In this document: piece after piece, positions 38,436 to 47,562 of the stretch | Layout of the letters: each line of letters begins with the position of its first letter | Numbering within the stretch: position 1 is the first letter of the stretch | Source: Nitrospirota bacterium | GTDB lineage: Bacteria; JACPQY01 | NCBI GenBank assembly: GCA_016180645.1 | Contig: JACPAV010000034.1 | Coordinates: 1 to 57,061, forward strand | Length of the DNA: 57,061 nt | Direction: 5' to 3' | Notes under the pieces: generated by a model | Told to the model about the DNA's origin: nothing | Database searches by the model: none | The model's input: only the letters and a program-made list of their open reading frames with translations | Made by a program: the position numbers and the translations under genes

Positions 38436-39067
38436 GGGAGGACGGTCGACGCCGGCGGGTTGGGGCTCGCTTTCTTGGCGGCCACGAGCAGCGATTGCTT
38501 GACAAAGGCAAGCGGATGCGTGTGGAGAGGCCTGATCCGGACAACATCCAGATCAAGCGAGGCTAGGCTGGACTGCCATCCGGCCAGGGATTTGAACCGA
38601 TACGGACGCGGAATCCCTTCCTGGGTCAGATTGTTTGCGAGGTAGTCGTGAACCTTGGCCAACGCGATCTCCATGCGGCCCTCGGGGATATCTTCCACCA
38701 TCAACAACCTCGAGCTGGACACGCGCACGCACTCCCGCAAGATCGCGTCAGGGTCTTCACAGTGGTGGAGGACAAATGAAAGAAGAACAGTTGAAAAGTG
38801 GTTTGGGGGAAAGGGGAGAGTTCGACCATCGTACCTATGAAACGGCAGACCGGTTCGGTGGTATTCGAGTATGTCCACGCCCGTCCACTGGACTTTCAAG
38901 AGATGCGTGATCTGCTGCCCGACCAGAAGATCCCCGCACCCGACATCGAGCACATGGTCTCCCGGCGAAAGCTCAGCCGCCAACAAACGGGCGAGCCGGG
39001 CTGTGCGGGAAGATACCAGCGGCTGGAGAATCGACCGAAAGGTTGCACGTAACATGGCCTTGGACAT
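38432..39067 (-). CDS. Class I SAM-dependent methyltransferase
   Basis: VLDVGCGD, YDGRTLPF, FVLHHC. Confidence 0.87.
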   Translation of the reverse strand: MSKAMLRATFRSILQPLVSSRTARLARLLAAELSPGDHVLDVGCGDLLVGQQITHLLKVQWTGVDILEYHRTGLPFHRYDGRTLPFPPNHFSTVLLSFVLHHCEDPDAILRECVRVSSSRLLMVEDIPEGRMEIALAKVHDYLANNLTQEGIPRPYRFKSLAGWQSSLASLDLDVVRIRPLHTHPLAFVKQSLLVAAKKASPNPPASTVLP

Positions 39068-39076
39068 CCGTTCTTA

Positions 39077-39172
39077 GAGCCTCTGACAGAATGCCGATTC
39101 GTAGGGGAGCATCTTCAGATGCTCCCTCTTGTCGGGAGGGTCTGAAGACCCTACGCATTCTGTTAGACGCTC
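39077..39172. mobile_element. MITE/REPIN copy of the TTA-flanked family, same orientation as 35582
   Basis: GAGCCTCTGACAGAATGC...GCATTCTGTTAGACGCTC with TTA on both sides. Confidence 0.85.
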
Positions 39173-39237
39173 TTAGTCAATTACGCGAGCCGGGGGCGAA
39201 AAGTAACAGGCCGCTATCGCCTTGTCAATCGCGCGGC

Positions 39238-40968
39238 TTACTCGGATCGCGTGTCCCGGCGGGGAATGTAGACGTCCCATCCACTGATCGGTTGATCCTT
39301 CAACTTGTACTTCTCGATGAACAAGCGAACGAAATCCGGGGGAAAAGCCGAGAAGTGGTATGCTTCCCGGTTGAATCCACCGAACATTGGACCCTGCCGA
39401 GTTTGGACGGGTCTTCGCCCCTCACTCAAGAACACCGCGTCGAATGTCTGGCTCGAGATCAACCGGTAGAGGCGATTCGGTAGCGGGAATCGATCCCTTC
39501 TATAGTCATTCAGGTAGGCCGCAGTGTCGAAGGCCGCTTTCCCCGCAAGAAGGGCGAATTCAGGGGATTCTGGTACCCAAACATCGCGTGGGTAGGACGC
39601 GATCGATTCGACTAAGCGGTCGACTGTCGAATCCTGGCGATATGGTTTCAGAACCGCTGCCACGGGCATCAGGTGGTCCAGCCGACAGGGGAACCATGCC
39701 ACGCCCAGCAGCACGATCAGCAGGAGGATGCCAGACGATTGCCAGAGTGCAAATCGGCTCGGCTGAATGCGTGCCGTGCCGGCGAAGGCATGCCCAACAC
39801 CAAGGCACAAGAAAGCCTCGAGGGGTATGAGCGAATTAACCCATCCACCGACATGCCAAATGCCGCTCAGCCCCATGATCAGCGCGCATGCCGTCATCAA
39901 CCACCATGAGCGGATGAAGAGCCGGTCGGGAGGGGTGCGTGGGCGCACCAGCGAGGCGACCAAGAGCCAGAGGGGGGCTTGTCTGACCCAAAAGAAGAAT
40001 GATGCTCGGAGCGGCGAGAAGCCGTGGTAAAGCCCGTCGGAGGCGACCACGATGTCAAGGGTCCAGAACTTGAACCAGCCTGAGGTGCTCCAGTTGAGAA
40101 ACATCCAAGGTACGGTGATCTCAAGGGCGACTAGAATCGCGGCAAGGAGCCAATGCGTGGCCCTTCGAGTGCCCAATACCCACATGCAAGCGAACCCACC
40201 GGCCACCGCAGCGAGGGCATTTTGCTTTGTCCAGTACGCCAGCACAAGAAAGGTGACGCCCAAGAGTCGCGAAGCCCTTCCCCTGTGCATAAGGACAAAT
40301 CCGGCCATCCAGCAAAACGTGAGAAGTGGATCCACACGGGGCAAGTCGTACCAGCGACCGGTGACCTCGAAAGCGGCCAACCAAGCCAAACCACCTAGCC
40401 ATGCCGCCATGCGGCTGCGCTCAGTTGCAATCAGGTGCCAAAAAATCAGTAGGGCCGTCCCGATGATCGAAACGGCCGAAATCGCCTTTGGAACCCAAAG
40501 GGCCGGCCCTGTGACTCGAAGGAGCAGTCCCGTCAACACCATGTACAATGGGTTATAGCCGCCCACAACAGGGCATTCCTCGGGATTGCAGTAGATTGGC
40601 AAACCGACCGCGTAGCGCCAAGCGTGCGTAAAGAGCGTCGAACCGAAATCACTTCCCAAGAAAGGGGAGCGAAGTCGTGCGATTTGGGCGGCGAGATAGT
40701 TCAGACTGCACGCGCCAAGCAGAACGACCGCCGCGATTTTCAGGAGTCGTGGACGGGGATCAGATCCCAGGCACGCCCAAAGTCTGGGCTTCTGCCCGGC
40801 CGTCCACACCATGCCGGCCGATATCAGGCAGACAAGAGCCGTGATGTACAACTCGACGGCCGTTCCCGGAGAGTGGTGCGCAGCGTAGAGCCGCGTCATG
40901 ACAGGAGGGAATGTGCATATTCCCGCCGCCGCCAACAGAACAACAGTGAGCGATTCGATCCGCTTCAA
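39238..40968 (-). CDS. ArnT-like GT-C membrane protein
   Basis: YNPLY, WYDLPRVD, WTKQN, many TM segments; start set to TTG at 40968 after an AGGAGG RBS. Confidence 0.75.
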   Translation of the reverse strand: MKRIESLTVVLLAAAGICTFPPVMTRLYAAHHSPGTAVELYITALVCLISAGMVWTAGQKPRLWACLGSDPRPRLLKIAAVVLLGACSLNYLAAQIARLRSPFLGSDFGSTLFTHAWRYAVGLPIYCNPEECPVVGGYNPLYMVLTGLLLRVTGPALWVPKAISAVSIIGTALLIFWHLIATERSRMAAWLGGLAWLAAFEVTGRWYDLPRVDPLLTFCWMAGFVLMHRGRASRLLGVTFLVLAYWTKQNALAAVAGGFACMWVLGTRRATHWLLAAILVALEITVPWMFLNWSTSGWFKFWTLDIVVASDGLYHGFSPLRASFFFWVRQAPLWLLVASLVRPRTPPDRLFIRSWWLMTACALIMGLSGIWHVGGWVNSLIPLEAFLCLGVGHAFAGTARIQPSRFALWQSSGILLLIVLLGVAWFPCRLDHLMPVAAVLKPYRQDSTVDRLVESIASYPRDVWVPESPEFALLAGKAAFDTAAYLNDYRRDRFPLPNRLYRLISSQTFDAVFLSEGRRPVQTRQGPMFGGFNREAYHFSAFPPDFVRLFIEKYKLKDQPISGWDVYIPRRDTRSE

Positions 40969-40996
40969 CTCGCCTCCTGAGGTCCTTCGCGGCGGG

Positions 40997-41078
40997 GGAA
41001 AAGGGGCCATTCTACTTTTTCGCTCCCGGTTCGGCGGGTCACAAGGTGCAAACGAAAAAGCAGAATGTCCCCTTTTCC
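40997..41078. repeat. 26-bp inverted repeat pair GGAAAAGGGG(C/A)CATTCT(A/G)CTTTTTCG (REP/MITE-like)
   Basis: Arms at 40997-41022 and 41053-41078, two mismatches, intergenic. Confidence 0.8.
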
Positions 41079-41088
41079 ATTTTCCGGG

Positions 41089-42231
41089 CTACACCAACTC
41101 GTCATAGGCATTTTCGAATTCGCGCGCCATCCGTTCGGCGGAAAAACGGGAGAAGGCCTCCTTCTTCCCCCGCTCGCCGAGAGTTCGCCGCAAATGGGAA
41201 TCGGAAAGCAGTTGGACGACGCGGTCGGCTAGAGCCGCGTGGTCGCCGACCGGGAAAAGGAAACCGGTCTCACCGTCGCGCACGATTTCCTCCGGCGCGC
41301 CGATCCGGCTGGCGAGCACGGGTTTGCCCGCCGCGGAACCCTCGATCATCACAATGCCGAATCCCTCCGCCTGCACGGAGGTGTTGACGACGATGTCCGC
41401 CGCCGCATAGAAGCGCGGCACGTCGGTCCGGAACCCGGTGAACAGGAGGGACGATGTGATTCCGAGGTCGCGCCCGAGTTGATGCAAACTCTCCTCGTAA
41501 GGAAAATCCTCTTTGAAGGTGGTCCCCCCCACGAAGAGAAACCGCGCCTGGGGGAAGCGGCGGAGGACTTCGGGCGCGGCCTTGATCAGGACGTGCTGGC
41601 CCTTCCAGGGAGTCACCCTCCCGGAAAGGAGAACGACGGGGGCCTCCAAGGGAATCCCGAGTTCCCGCCGCGCGGAGACCCGCGCTTCGTCCGCTCGACG
41701 GAACGGTTCGAGGTCGATGCCGTAATAGATAATCTTGATGTTCCTTCGGCCCTTGAAAAAATCATCCAGGCGATCGCGATTGCGCCGTGAAGTCGCTACA
41801 ACAAGGTCCGCGGGAAGGCGGGACGACCCTTTCACCCACCGGCCCGACAGCTCGTGACCGCCGATGGCCGCATGAGGATGGAGAACGGTTCTCGCGCCGG
41901 CAGACTTCCCCGCGAGGGAGGCGTATGCGAAAGGATGCACGCCGTTGGCGACCACAACCTTGATGCCGTGGGCGAGGATATGCCGTCGCAGCAAGAGAAC
42001 GGTCTTGGCCCCTTTGATCGGGTCCCGGAGGCGCCCGGCCCGGCAATCGACGACGGTGATGCCCGGTCGAAGGTTGCGCATGCGGTCGACCACGAACCCC
42101 GGTGTGAGGAAGGCGACGTGCGGTTCGATGGCCTTGGAGTGAAATCGGATGAGCGTTTCGAGGCTGGTCTCGACGCCGCCCATGCAATATCCATTCGACG
42201 TGACATAGAGAACAGGGAGCGGCTTGCTCAT
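41089..42231 (-). CDS. GT4 glycosyltransferase
   Basis: GRVTPWKGQ, EGFGIVMIEG, EIVRDGETG; start moved to 42231. Confidence 0.9.
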   Translation of the reverse strand: MSKPLPVLYVTSNGYCMGGVETSLETLIRFHSKAIEPHVAFLTPGFVVDRMRNLRPGITVVDCRAGRLRDPIKGAKTVLLLRRHILAHGIKVVVANGVHPFAYASLAGKSAGARTVLHPHAAIGGHELSGRWVKGSSRLPADLVVATSRRNRDRLDDFFKGRRNIKIIYYGIDLEPFRRADEARVSARRELGIPLEAPVVLLSGRVTPWKGQHVLIKAAPEVLRRFPQARFLFVGGTTFKEDFPYEESLHQLGRDLGITSSLLFTGFRTDVPRFYAAADIVVNTSVQAEGFGIVMIEGSAAGKPVLASRIGAPEEIVRDGETGFLFPVGDHAALADRVVQLLSDSHLRRTLGERGKKEAFSRFSAERMAREFENAYDELV

Positions 42232-43364
42232 GACAGCAGTTTCATGAACCGCCCGCCGATCACCGGCCAATCGAATTCCTTCTCGTATAGTGCGCGGCCC
42301 TCGCGGGCGAGCTTGCCGCGGAGATCGGAGTCCTTCAGCACGCGTTCGAGGGTGTCCGCCAGAGCCAGGGCATCGGGCGGGCCCGCAATCACGATGTTCT
42401 CGCCGTGAACAAACGGGGCCGGGAGGGCGTCGTCGTGGAAGGCCACCACGGGCAGGCCGTGTTCGAGGGCCGCCATGACCGTTCCACTCTTGGTCATGAG
42501 GCGGTGGTCCAGGTACGCGTACACGTCAAGGCACTGAAGTCGCTTGGACACTTCCTTCGGATCCAGGAAACCGGTTTGTCCGATGACGAGGCCCGAATCG
42601 GGCCGGGAAGCCTCGCGCGTCAACAGGGCCCAGTCGGCTGCGTGCAATCGTTGCGCATCGCCGATCAGGACGTAAGCCACGGACAGGCCGCGCTCTCGAA
42701 GCGTTTTCAGGGCGTCGATCAGAATCGGCGAGGCACAGAGGTTGCTGAAGGTTCCGACCAGGTACGTAGCGGAGACGGCCAGGCGGGTTCGAAGACTCTC
42801 GCGTTCGCCCTCGCCCATCGAGACCGGCGGGATATTTCCCCCGACGGGAATCACCTGAACCGTCCCGTTTCGCCCCAGCCATTCCCGCAGGATATCGCCG
42901 TACTGCGCGTGGGAGGCGACGCTCGAATCGGCTGCATGCGCCAGGATCCGGGCCTGGGTCTTCTGAAGGAAACTGATCGGACGATGTTTGAGCCGGGCCG
43001 GCTCGGCGTACAACTCGATGAAATTGACGATCAATCGGCCCCGCATCGCGTATTTCCAGATCAGCATCCAGCAAACGAGGTAGAAGCAGATGCCGTGGCG
43101 TCCGAACATGTACAAATTGAGGTTCAGAATCACCGTGTCGGGCCCGATCCGTCCAAGAAGCCGCAGGAAAGCCGCCGTCCCTCCCCAGTTCCAGCGAGTG
43201 AAAGGATGAAAAGCAAACGGCTCGCGCCGATGGTCGCCGCCCGCAGGCTGGGCAATCACGTCCACCGAGACATGGTCCGAGAGCGTCTTCGCCAGCCAGT
43301 ACGTGCAGTCGGCCAGGCCTCCGAGTTTCGGGGGGAAGTCGCGACCGATCACGGCTGCTTTCAT
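42228..43364 (-). CDS. GT-B (GT4-like) glycosyltransferase
   Basis: FPPKLGGLAD, IPVGGNI, KSGTVMAALEHGLPVV; start moved to 43364. Confidence 0.82.
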   Translation of the reverse strand: MKAAVIGRDFPPKLGGLADCTYWLAKTLSDHVSVDVIAQPAGGDHRREPFAFHPFTRWNWGGTAAFLRLLGRIGPDTVILNLNLYMFGRHGICFYLVCWMLIWKYAMRGRLIVNFIELYAEPARLKHRPISFLQKTQARILAHAADSSVASHAQYGDILREWLGRNGTVQVIPVGGNIPPVSMGEGERESLRTRLAVSATYLVGTFSNLCASPILIDALKTLRERGLSVAYVLIGDAQRLHAADWALLTREASRPDSGLVIGQTGFLDPKEVSKRLQCLDVYAYLDHRLMTKSGTVMAALEHGLPVVAFHDDALPAPFVHGENIVIAGPPDALALADTLERVLKDSDLRGKLAREGRALYEKEFDWPVIGGRFMKLLS

Positions 43365-43371
43365 GCCCGCG

Positions 43372-43448
43372 AAAATAGCCCATGTGGTTTTTCCTTGCAA
43401 AGCCGGTCCAGGCCCTACTTTGCATCGAAGAGTGCGGTGAGGTAAGTT
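43372..43448. promoter_or_regulatory. Divergent sigma70-type promoters: TTGCAA-N17-TATTTT (minus) and TTGCAT-N17-TAAGTT (plus)
   Basis: Minus: 43400-43395 and 43377-43372. Plus: 43420-43425 and 43443-43448. Both have 17-nt spacers. Confidence 0.5.
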
Positions 43449-43461
43449 TCCAAGCGCGTCG

Positions 43462-44511
43462 ATGAGCGATTCACTCAGATGTCCCGGTTGTGACGAGACC
43501 TCGACCTCTCGGAAAATCGGGAGGCATGCCTCGTACCGTCTGTTCCGATGCGGCGCCTGCGGGCTGGTGTTCTCCCAACCGATGGCCATCCCCGAAGGGT
43601 TTTACGACGAGTTCGAGCAGCCGTACGGTTGGAAATGGGAATTCGATGCCTTTCTCGCGCAGGAGAGCGCGAAGAATCGTACGCTGCTGGATGTGGGCTG
43701 CGGAGACGGGACCTTCTTGGAGATGGCGAAGAAATCGGGCTACCGCGTCCATGGAGTGGATTCCAGCCGGGCCGGGATCAAAGCCGCCCGCGAACGGGGA
43801 CTCCGCCACGTCCTCGCCGGCTCGTTGGATCATGCCCTCCGAGCTTTCGGCGGCAGGTTCGATGTGGTCACCTGCTTCCACACGTTGGAGCATGTCGAGA
43901 ATCCCTCGGCCTTCCTTCGCAAGGTGTGCGATTTTGTTCGCCGGGGCGGAACCCTTGCCATCGGTGTCCCGAATGCGCGCCGGTTCGTGGTCCGGCTTCG
44001 GAGGGAGGTGGGCGATTTTCCCCCGAATCATCTCACCCGCTGGACGGATGGGGCTCTGAAAACGTTTCTGGCGCGGCACAGGTTGAACGTCCGCGATGTC
44101 CTGCCGGAAACGATTCACATCACCGAAGCGAAAGACGCGGGATACGTGATCTGGCTTGCGGTCAACGCGCTCACGCAGACGGGGCTGATCCACCGGCAGA
44201 GGATGCGTGCTCGTTCGAGTTCATCCGGCGCGGGGAACGACGGTGGAATGCCGGGGCACGGCTCCGCCGCGGATACCGGCACGGCGCAGGCGTCGAAGAC
44301 CGCCGCCACCGGCGCGCGCGCGCCTCACCCGTCCCCGGGCGCCGTGATGCCCGTTCTCCTGAACGTGGCCCGAACCGCCGCGAGCCGGATCCGACCGATG
44401 ATGCATCATGCCGCTCGATCGGCCCTCGGTGGGCTCGTGCTGCGTGGGGGACGCGGTCGTACACTCCAAGGTCCGGGCCTCCTGGCTATCGCCGAAAAGC
44501 CCGGGCGATAG
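43462..44511 (+). CDS. Class I SAM-dependent methyltransferase with N-terminal zinc-ribbon
   Basis: CPGC...CGAC, LLDVGCGDG, FHTLEHVENP, DFPPNHLTRW. Confidence 0.88.
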   Translation: MSDSLRCPGCDETSTSRKIGRHASYRLFRCGACGLVFSQPMAIPEGFYDEFEQPYGWKWEFDAFLAQESAKNRTLLDVGCGDGTFLEMAKKSGYRVHGVDSSRAGIKAARERGLRHVLAGSLDHALRAFGGRFDVVTCFHTLEHVENPSAFLRKVCDFVRRGGTLAIGVPNARRFVVRLRREVGDFPPNHLTRWTDGALKTFLARHRLNVRDVLPETIHITEAKDAGYVIWLAVNALTQTGLIHRQRMRARSSSSGAGNDGGMPGHGSAADTGTAQASKTAATGARAPHPSPGAVMPVLLNVARTAASRIRPMMHHAARSALGGLVLRGGRGRTLQGPGLLAIAEKPGR

Positions 44512-44515
44512 GGCG

Positions 44516-45703
44516 GTGAGAGTCCTTCACGTCATCGCCTCGCTCTCACCGGTCTACGGAGGGCCGAGCGTGGCCGTGGTGGAAATGTGCCGCGCGCTGA
44601 GGGAGGCGGGCGTGGACGCGGAAATTGCGGCGACGAATGCCGATGGCCATCGCAACTCGACTTTGGAGGAAGCGCGCAAAAGGGCCGGAGAAGGAATTCC
44701 GGCGCAGATCTTCCGCCGACTCCCTCCCTATGCTTACATGACGAGCCCCTCCATGGCCGTCTGGCTCGCGCTGCACACACGCGAATACGACATCGTCCAC
44801 GTCCACGCCCTGTTTTCTCATCCGACGACGCTGGGCTGTCTCTGGTCACGGGTCCACGGCGTGCCCTACATCATCCGGCCGCTCGGGCTGCTGGACCCGT
44901 GGTGTCTGAATCAGAACCGGATGAGGAAGCAGGCGTACTGGGCGCTGGCCGATCGCGTGAATCTCCGCCATGCCGCGGCCCTCCACTTCACATCCGACGC
45001 GGAGGCGAAGGAGGCGCAGTGGGTGCCCCCCTCCGTACGCCACGCCGTGATCCCGCTGGGAGCGCCGGCGCGGAAAACGCTCCGCCTTCCTACACGCGAA
45101 GCATTCTTGAAAAAACATTCCATCCCGCCGGGCCACTCGATCCTCCTTTTTCTTTCCCGCATCAACCCCAAGAAAGGGCTGGACCTGCTCGCCCCGGCGC
45201 TGGGCGATCTCAAGAAGAGGGGCGACCGGTTCGTGCTGCTCGTCGCCGGCCCGGACGAAGACGGCTATCGGGCGCGGGTCGAGGAGATGTTTGCCAGGGC
45301 GGGCGTGGCCGGAGAGGTCCGCTTCCTGGGACTCGTGGCGGGCGAGGACAAGGAGTCACTTCTCCTGCATTCCGATCTGTTCGTGCTGCCTTCCTATCAG
45401 GAGAATTTCGCCATTTCGGCCGTCGAGGCGATGCAGCGGGGGCTTCCCGTCGTGATCTCCGACCGGGTGGGCATCCACTCGTACGTCACCCAATGGAAGG
45501 CCGGCGCGGTTGTGCGATGTTCGAGCGAGGAACTCGCTGCAACGCTCCACCGCCTTCTTGCCGATCGGGATGGCCTCAAGAAAATGGGCCGGAACGGAAT
45601 TCACCTTGTCGAGGCTGAATTTTCATGGCACGATGCCACCCGGCGTTTGGAGAGGCTTTACCGCGAAATTCGGAATCCAACTCGAAAAGCCTGCGTCCGG
45701 TGA
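44516..45703 (+). CDS. GT4 glycosyltransferase
   Basis: VLHVIASL...YGGP, FLSRINPKKGLD, LPSYQENFAISAVEAM; start moved to GTG at 44516. Confidence 0.9.
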   Translation: MRVLHVIASLSPVYGGPSVAVVEMCRALREAGVDAEIAATNADGHRNSTLEEARKRAGEGIPAQIFRRLPPYAYMTSPSMAVWLALHTREYDIVHVHALFSHPTTLGCLWSRVHGVPYIIRPLGLLDPWCLNQNRMRKQAYWALADRVNLRHAAALHFTSDAEAKEAQWVPPSVRHAVIPLGAPARKTLRLPTREAFLKKHSIPPGHSILLFLSRINPKKGLDLLAPALGDLKKRGDRFVLLVAGPDEDGYRARVEEMFARAGVAGEVRFLGLVAGEDKESLLLHSDLFVLPSYQENFAISAVEAMQRGLPVVISDRVGIHSYVTQWKAGAVVRCSSEELAATLHRLLADRDGLKKMGRNGIHLVEAEFSWHDATRRLERLYREIRNPTRKACVR

Positions 45704-45722
45704 GTCTCCGAACACACACTAA

Positions 45723-45823
45723 GTACGTCTAACAGAATGCGTAGGGGAGGGTCTTCAGACCCTCCCGACAAGAGGGAGCATCTGAAGATGCTCCCCTACG
45801 AATCGGCATTCTGCTAGAGGCTC
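45723..45823. mobile_element. MITE/REPIN copy of the TTA-flanked family, inverted orientation
   Basis: CGTCTAACAGAATGC...GCATTCTGCTAGAGGCTC with TAA on both sides; internal GTAG...CTAC doublet. Confidence 0.82.
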
Positions 45824-45844
45824 TAAGCTGAAAGGGAGCAGCGC

Positions 45845-46993
45845 ATGACCTCGGGAATTAAGCGAGTCCTCGTCACGGGAGGCGCCGGTTTTATCGGCTC
45901 CTACATCGTGGACGAGCTTTTGGCGCGGAAATTCAAAGTCCGCATCCTCGATGCGCTCGATCCCCAGGTCCACGGCAAGACGCGGAAGGTTCCCGACTGG
46001 ACCAGGCAACAGCTCAAATCCGGCCGCGCGGAATTCCTCCGTGGCGACGTGAACAACCCGCGCACGGTGGAGTCCGCTTTGAAGGGCGTGGATGTGATTT
46101 TCCACGAGGCTGCCGTCGTCGGCGTCGGCCAAAGCATGTATCAAATCGAATACTACAGCCGGCACAATATGCAGGGCACGTCCGTCCTGCTGGATGTTTT
46201 GGCGAACAAGAAGCACAAGGTGCGGAAGCTGCTCGTGGCCTCCTCCATGTCGATCTATGGCGAAGGAGCTTATCGCTGCGGGACATGCGGCGAGGTACAT
46301 CCCGAGCTCCGGTCGAACGAACAACTCGCGCGGCGCGAGTGGGAGATGGCCTGCACAAAATGCGGGAAGCAGGCGGAAGCGGTACCGACGCCCGAATCGA
46401 AGCCCTGCTTCTCCACCTCCGTCTACGCCATATCGAAAAAAGTTCAGGAGGAAATGTGTCTGTGCGTGGGGCGCGCGTATGGAATCCCCACCGTGGCGCT
46501 CCGGTACTTCAACGCCATCGGGCCCCGGCAGGCCCTCTCGAATCCCTACACCGGAGTCGCCGCCATCTTTTCGTCGCGACTGCTTAATAATCATCGGCCA
46601 CTCGTGTACGAGGACGGCCTCCAGAGCCGCGATTTTGTGAGCGTCAAAGACATCGCGCGGGCGAATCTCATGGCCATGGAGAGCGACGAAGCGAACTTCG
46701 AGGCGATTAACATCGGCACCGGCCGGCCCACCTCCGTTGCGGAAGTGGCCCGCCTGCTGGCCCACGCCTTGGGCAAACCGATCGAGCCGGAGGTGCTGAA
46801 CTCTTTCCGGCAGGGCGATATCCGCCACTGCTATGCCGATATCGGCAAGGCGCGGACCCTCTTGGGGTATGAACCCTCGGTAAGGGTTGAAGAGTGGATC
46901 CCGCGCCTCATCGAGTGGGTTCGGACCCAGCAACCGAAGGATCGCGTGGAACAGGCCAAAAAGGAGTTGGAGAAACGGGGCCTGACCAGCTAG
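45845..46993 (+). CDS. NAD-dependent epimerase/dehydratase with CxxC...CxxC insertion (dTDP-L-rhamnose 4-epimerase-like subgroup)
   Basis: TGGAGFIGS, VGVGQSMY, SSMSIYGEG, CGTC...CTKC, YAISK, SNPYTGV. Confidence 0.87.
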   Translation: MTSGIKRVLVTGGAGFIGSYIVDELLARKFKVRILDALDPQVHGKTRKVPDWTRQQLKSGRAEFLRGDVNNPRTVESALKGVDVIFHEAAVVGVGQSMYQIEYYSRHNMQGTSVLLDVLANKKHKVRKLLVASSMSIYGEGAYRCGTCGEVHPELRSNEQLARREWEMACTKCGKQAEAVPTPESKPCFSTSVYAISKKVQEEMCLCVGRAYGIPTVALRYFNAIGPRQALSNPYTGVAAIFSSRLLNNHRPLVYEDGLQSRDFVSVKDIARANLMAMESDEANFEAINIGTGRPTSVAEVARLLAHALGKPIEPEVLNSFRQGDIRHCYADIGKARTLLGYEPSVRVEEWIPRLIEWVRTQQPKDRVEQAKKELEKRGLTS

Positions 46994-47012
46994 GAAGGCG
47001 CGGTACTCGCCC

Positions 47013-47552
47013 GTGCAACCCGACTTAGGAAGAGGAAGGACCTCCAGGGCGAGTGCGCTCGTCGAACTCGGCCCTGGCAGGAACAAAGCGTTTCCCGCGG
47101 CCTTCGGGGTCGACCGAAAGGCGCTCCCCGGTATTCACGTGGTCGCCGATTTCCGCGGCGGACTCCCGTTCCGGTCCGACACCATCGAACGGATCATCGC
47201 CTTCAGCGTTGTGGAGCACGTGCCGGACGCACCGCGGCTCATCGGCGAATGCCACCGTGTTCTCAATCGCGGGGGTGAGCTCTGGATCAAGGCTCCTTCC
47301 CCCGATTCGCCCAACGCGTGGGACGATCCAACCCACGTCCGCCCGTTCACCCGCGGGTCGTTCCTATATTTTGTCGAAGGCCACGAAAAAAACTACTACT
47401 TCGATTTCTCTTTCAGCGGCTTCCGGGACGAAATGGATCCCATCGCGCGGCAGTCGTTCTGGAAATGGCGGTGGCTCAGCCGGTGCGTTGCGACCCTGCG
47501 CATTCCGATCCTTCGCCGCGCGTACCAGCCGATCTTCGTCCTGATCAAGTAG
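47013..47552 (+). CDS. Small class I SAM methyltransferase-like protein
   Basis: VELGPG, SVVEHV, ECHRVL, DDPTHVR. Confidence 0.8.
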   Translation: MQPDLGRGRTSRASALVELGPGRNKAFPAAFGVDRKALPGIHVVADFRGGLPFRSDTIERIIAFSVVEHVPDAPRLIGECHRVLNRGGELWIKAPSPDSPNAWDDPTHVRPFTRGSFLYFVEGHEKNYYFDFSFSGFRDEMDPIARQSFWKWRWLSRCVATLRIPILRRAYQPIFVLIK

Positions 47553-47562
47553 ATTCCAGGCA

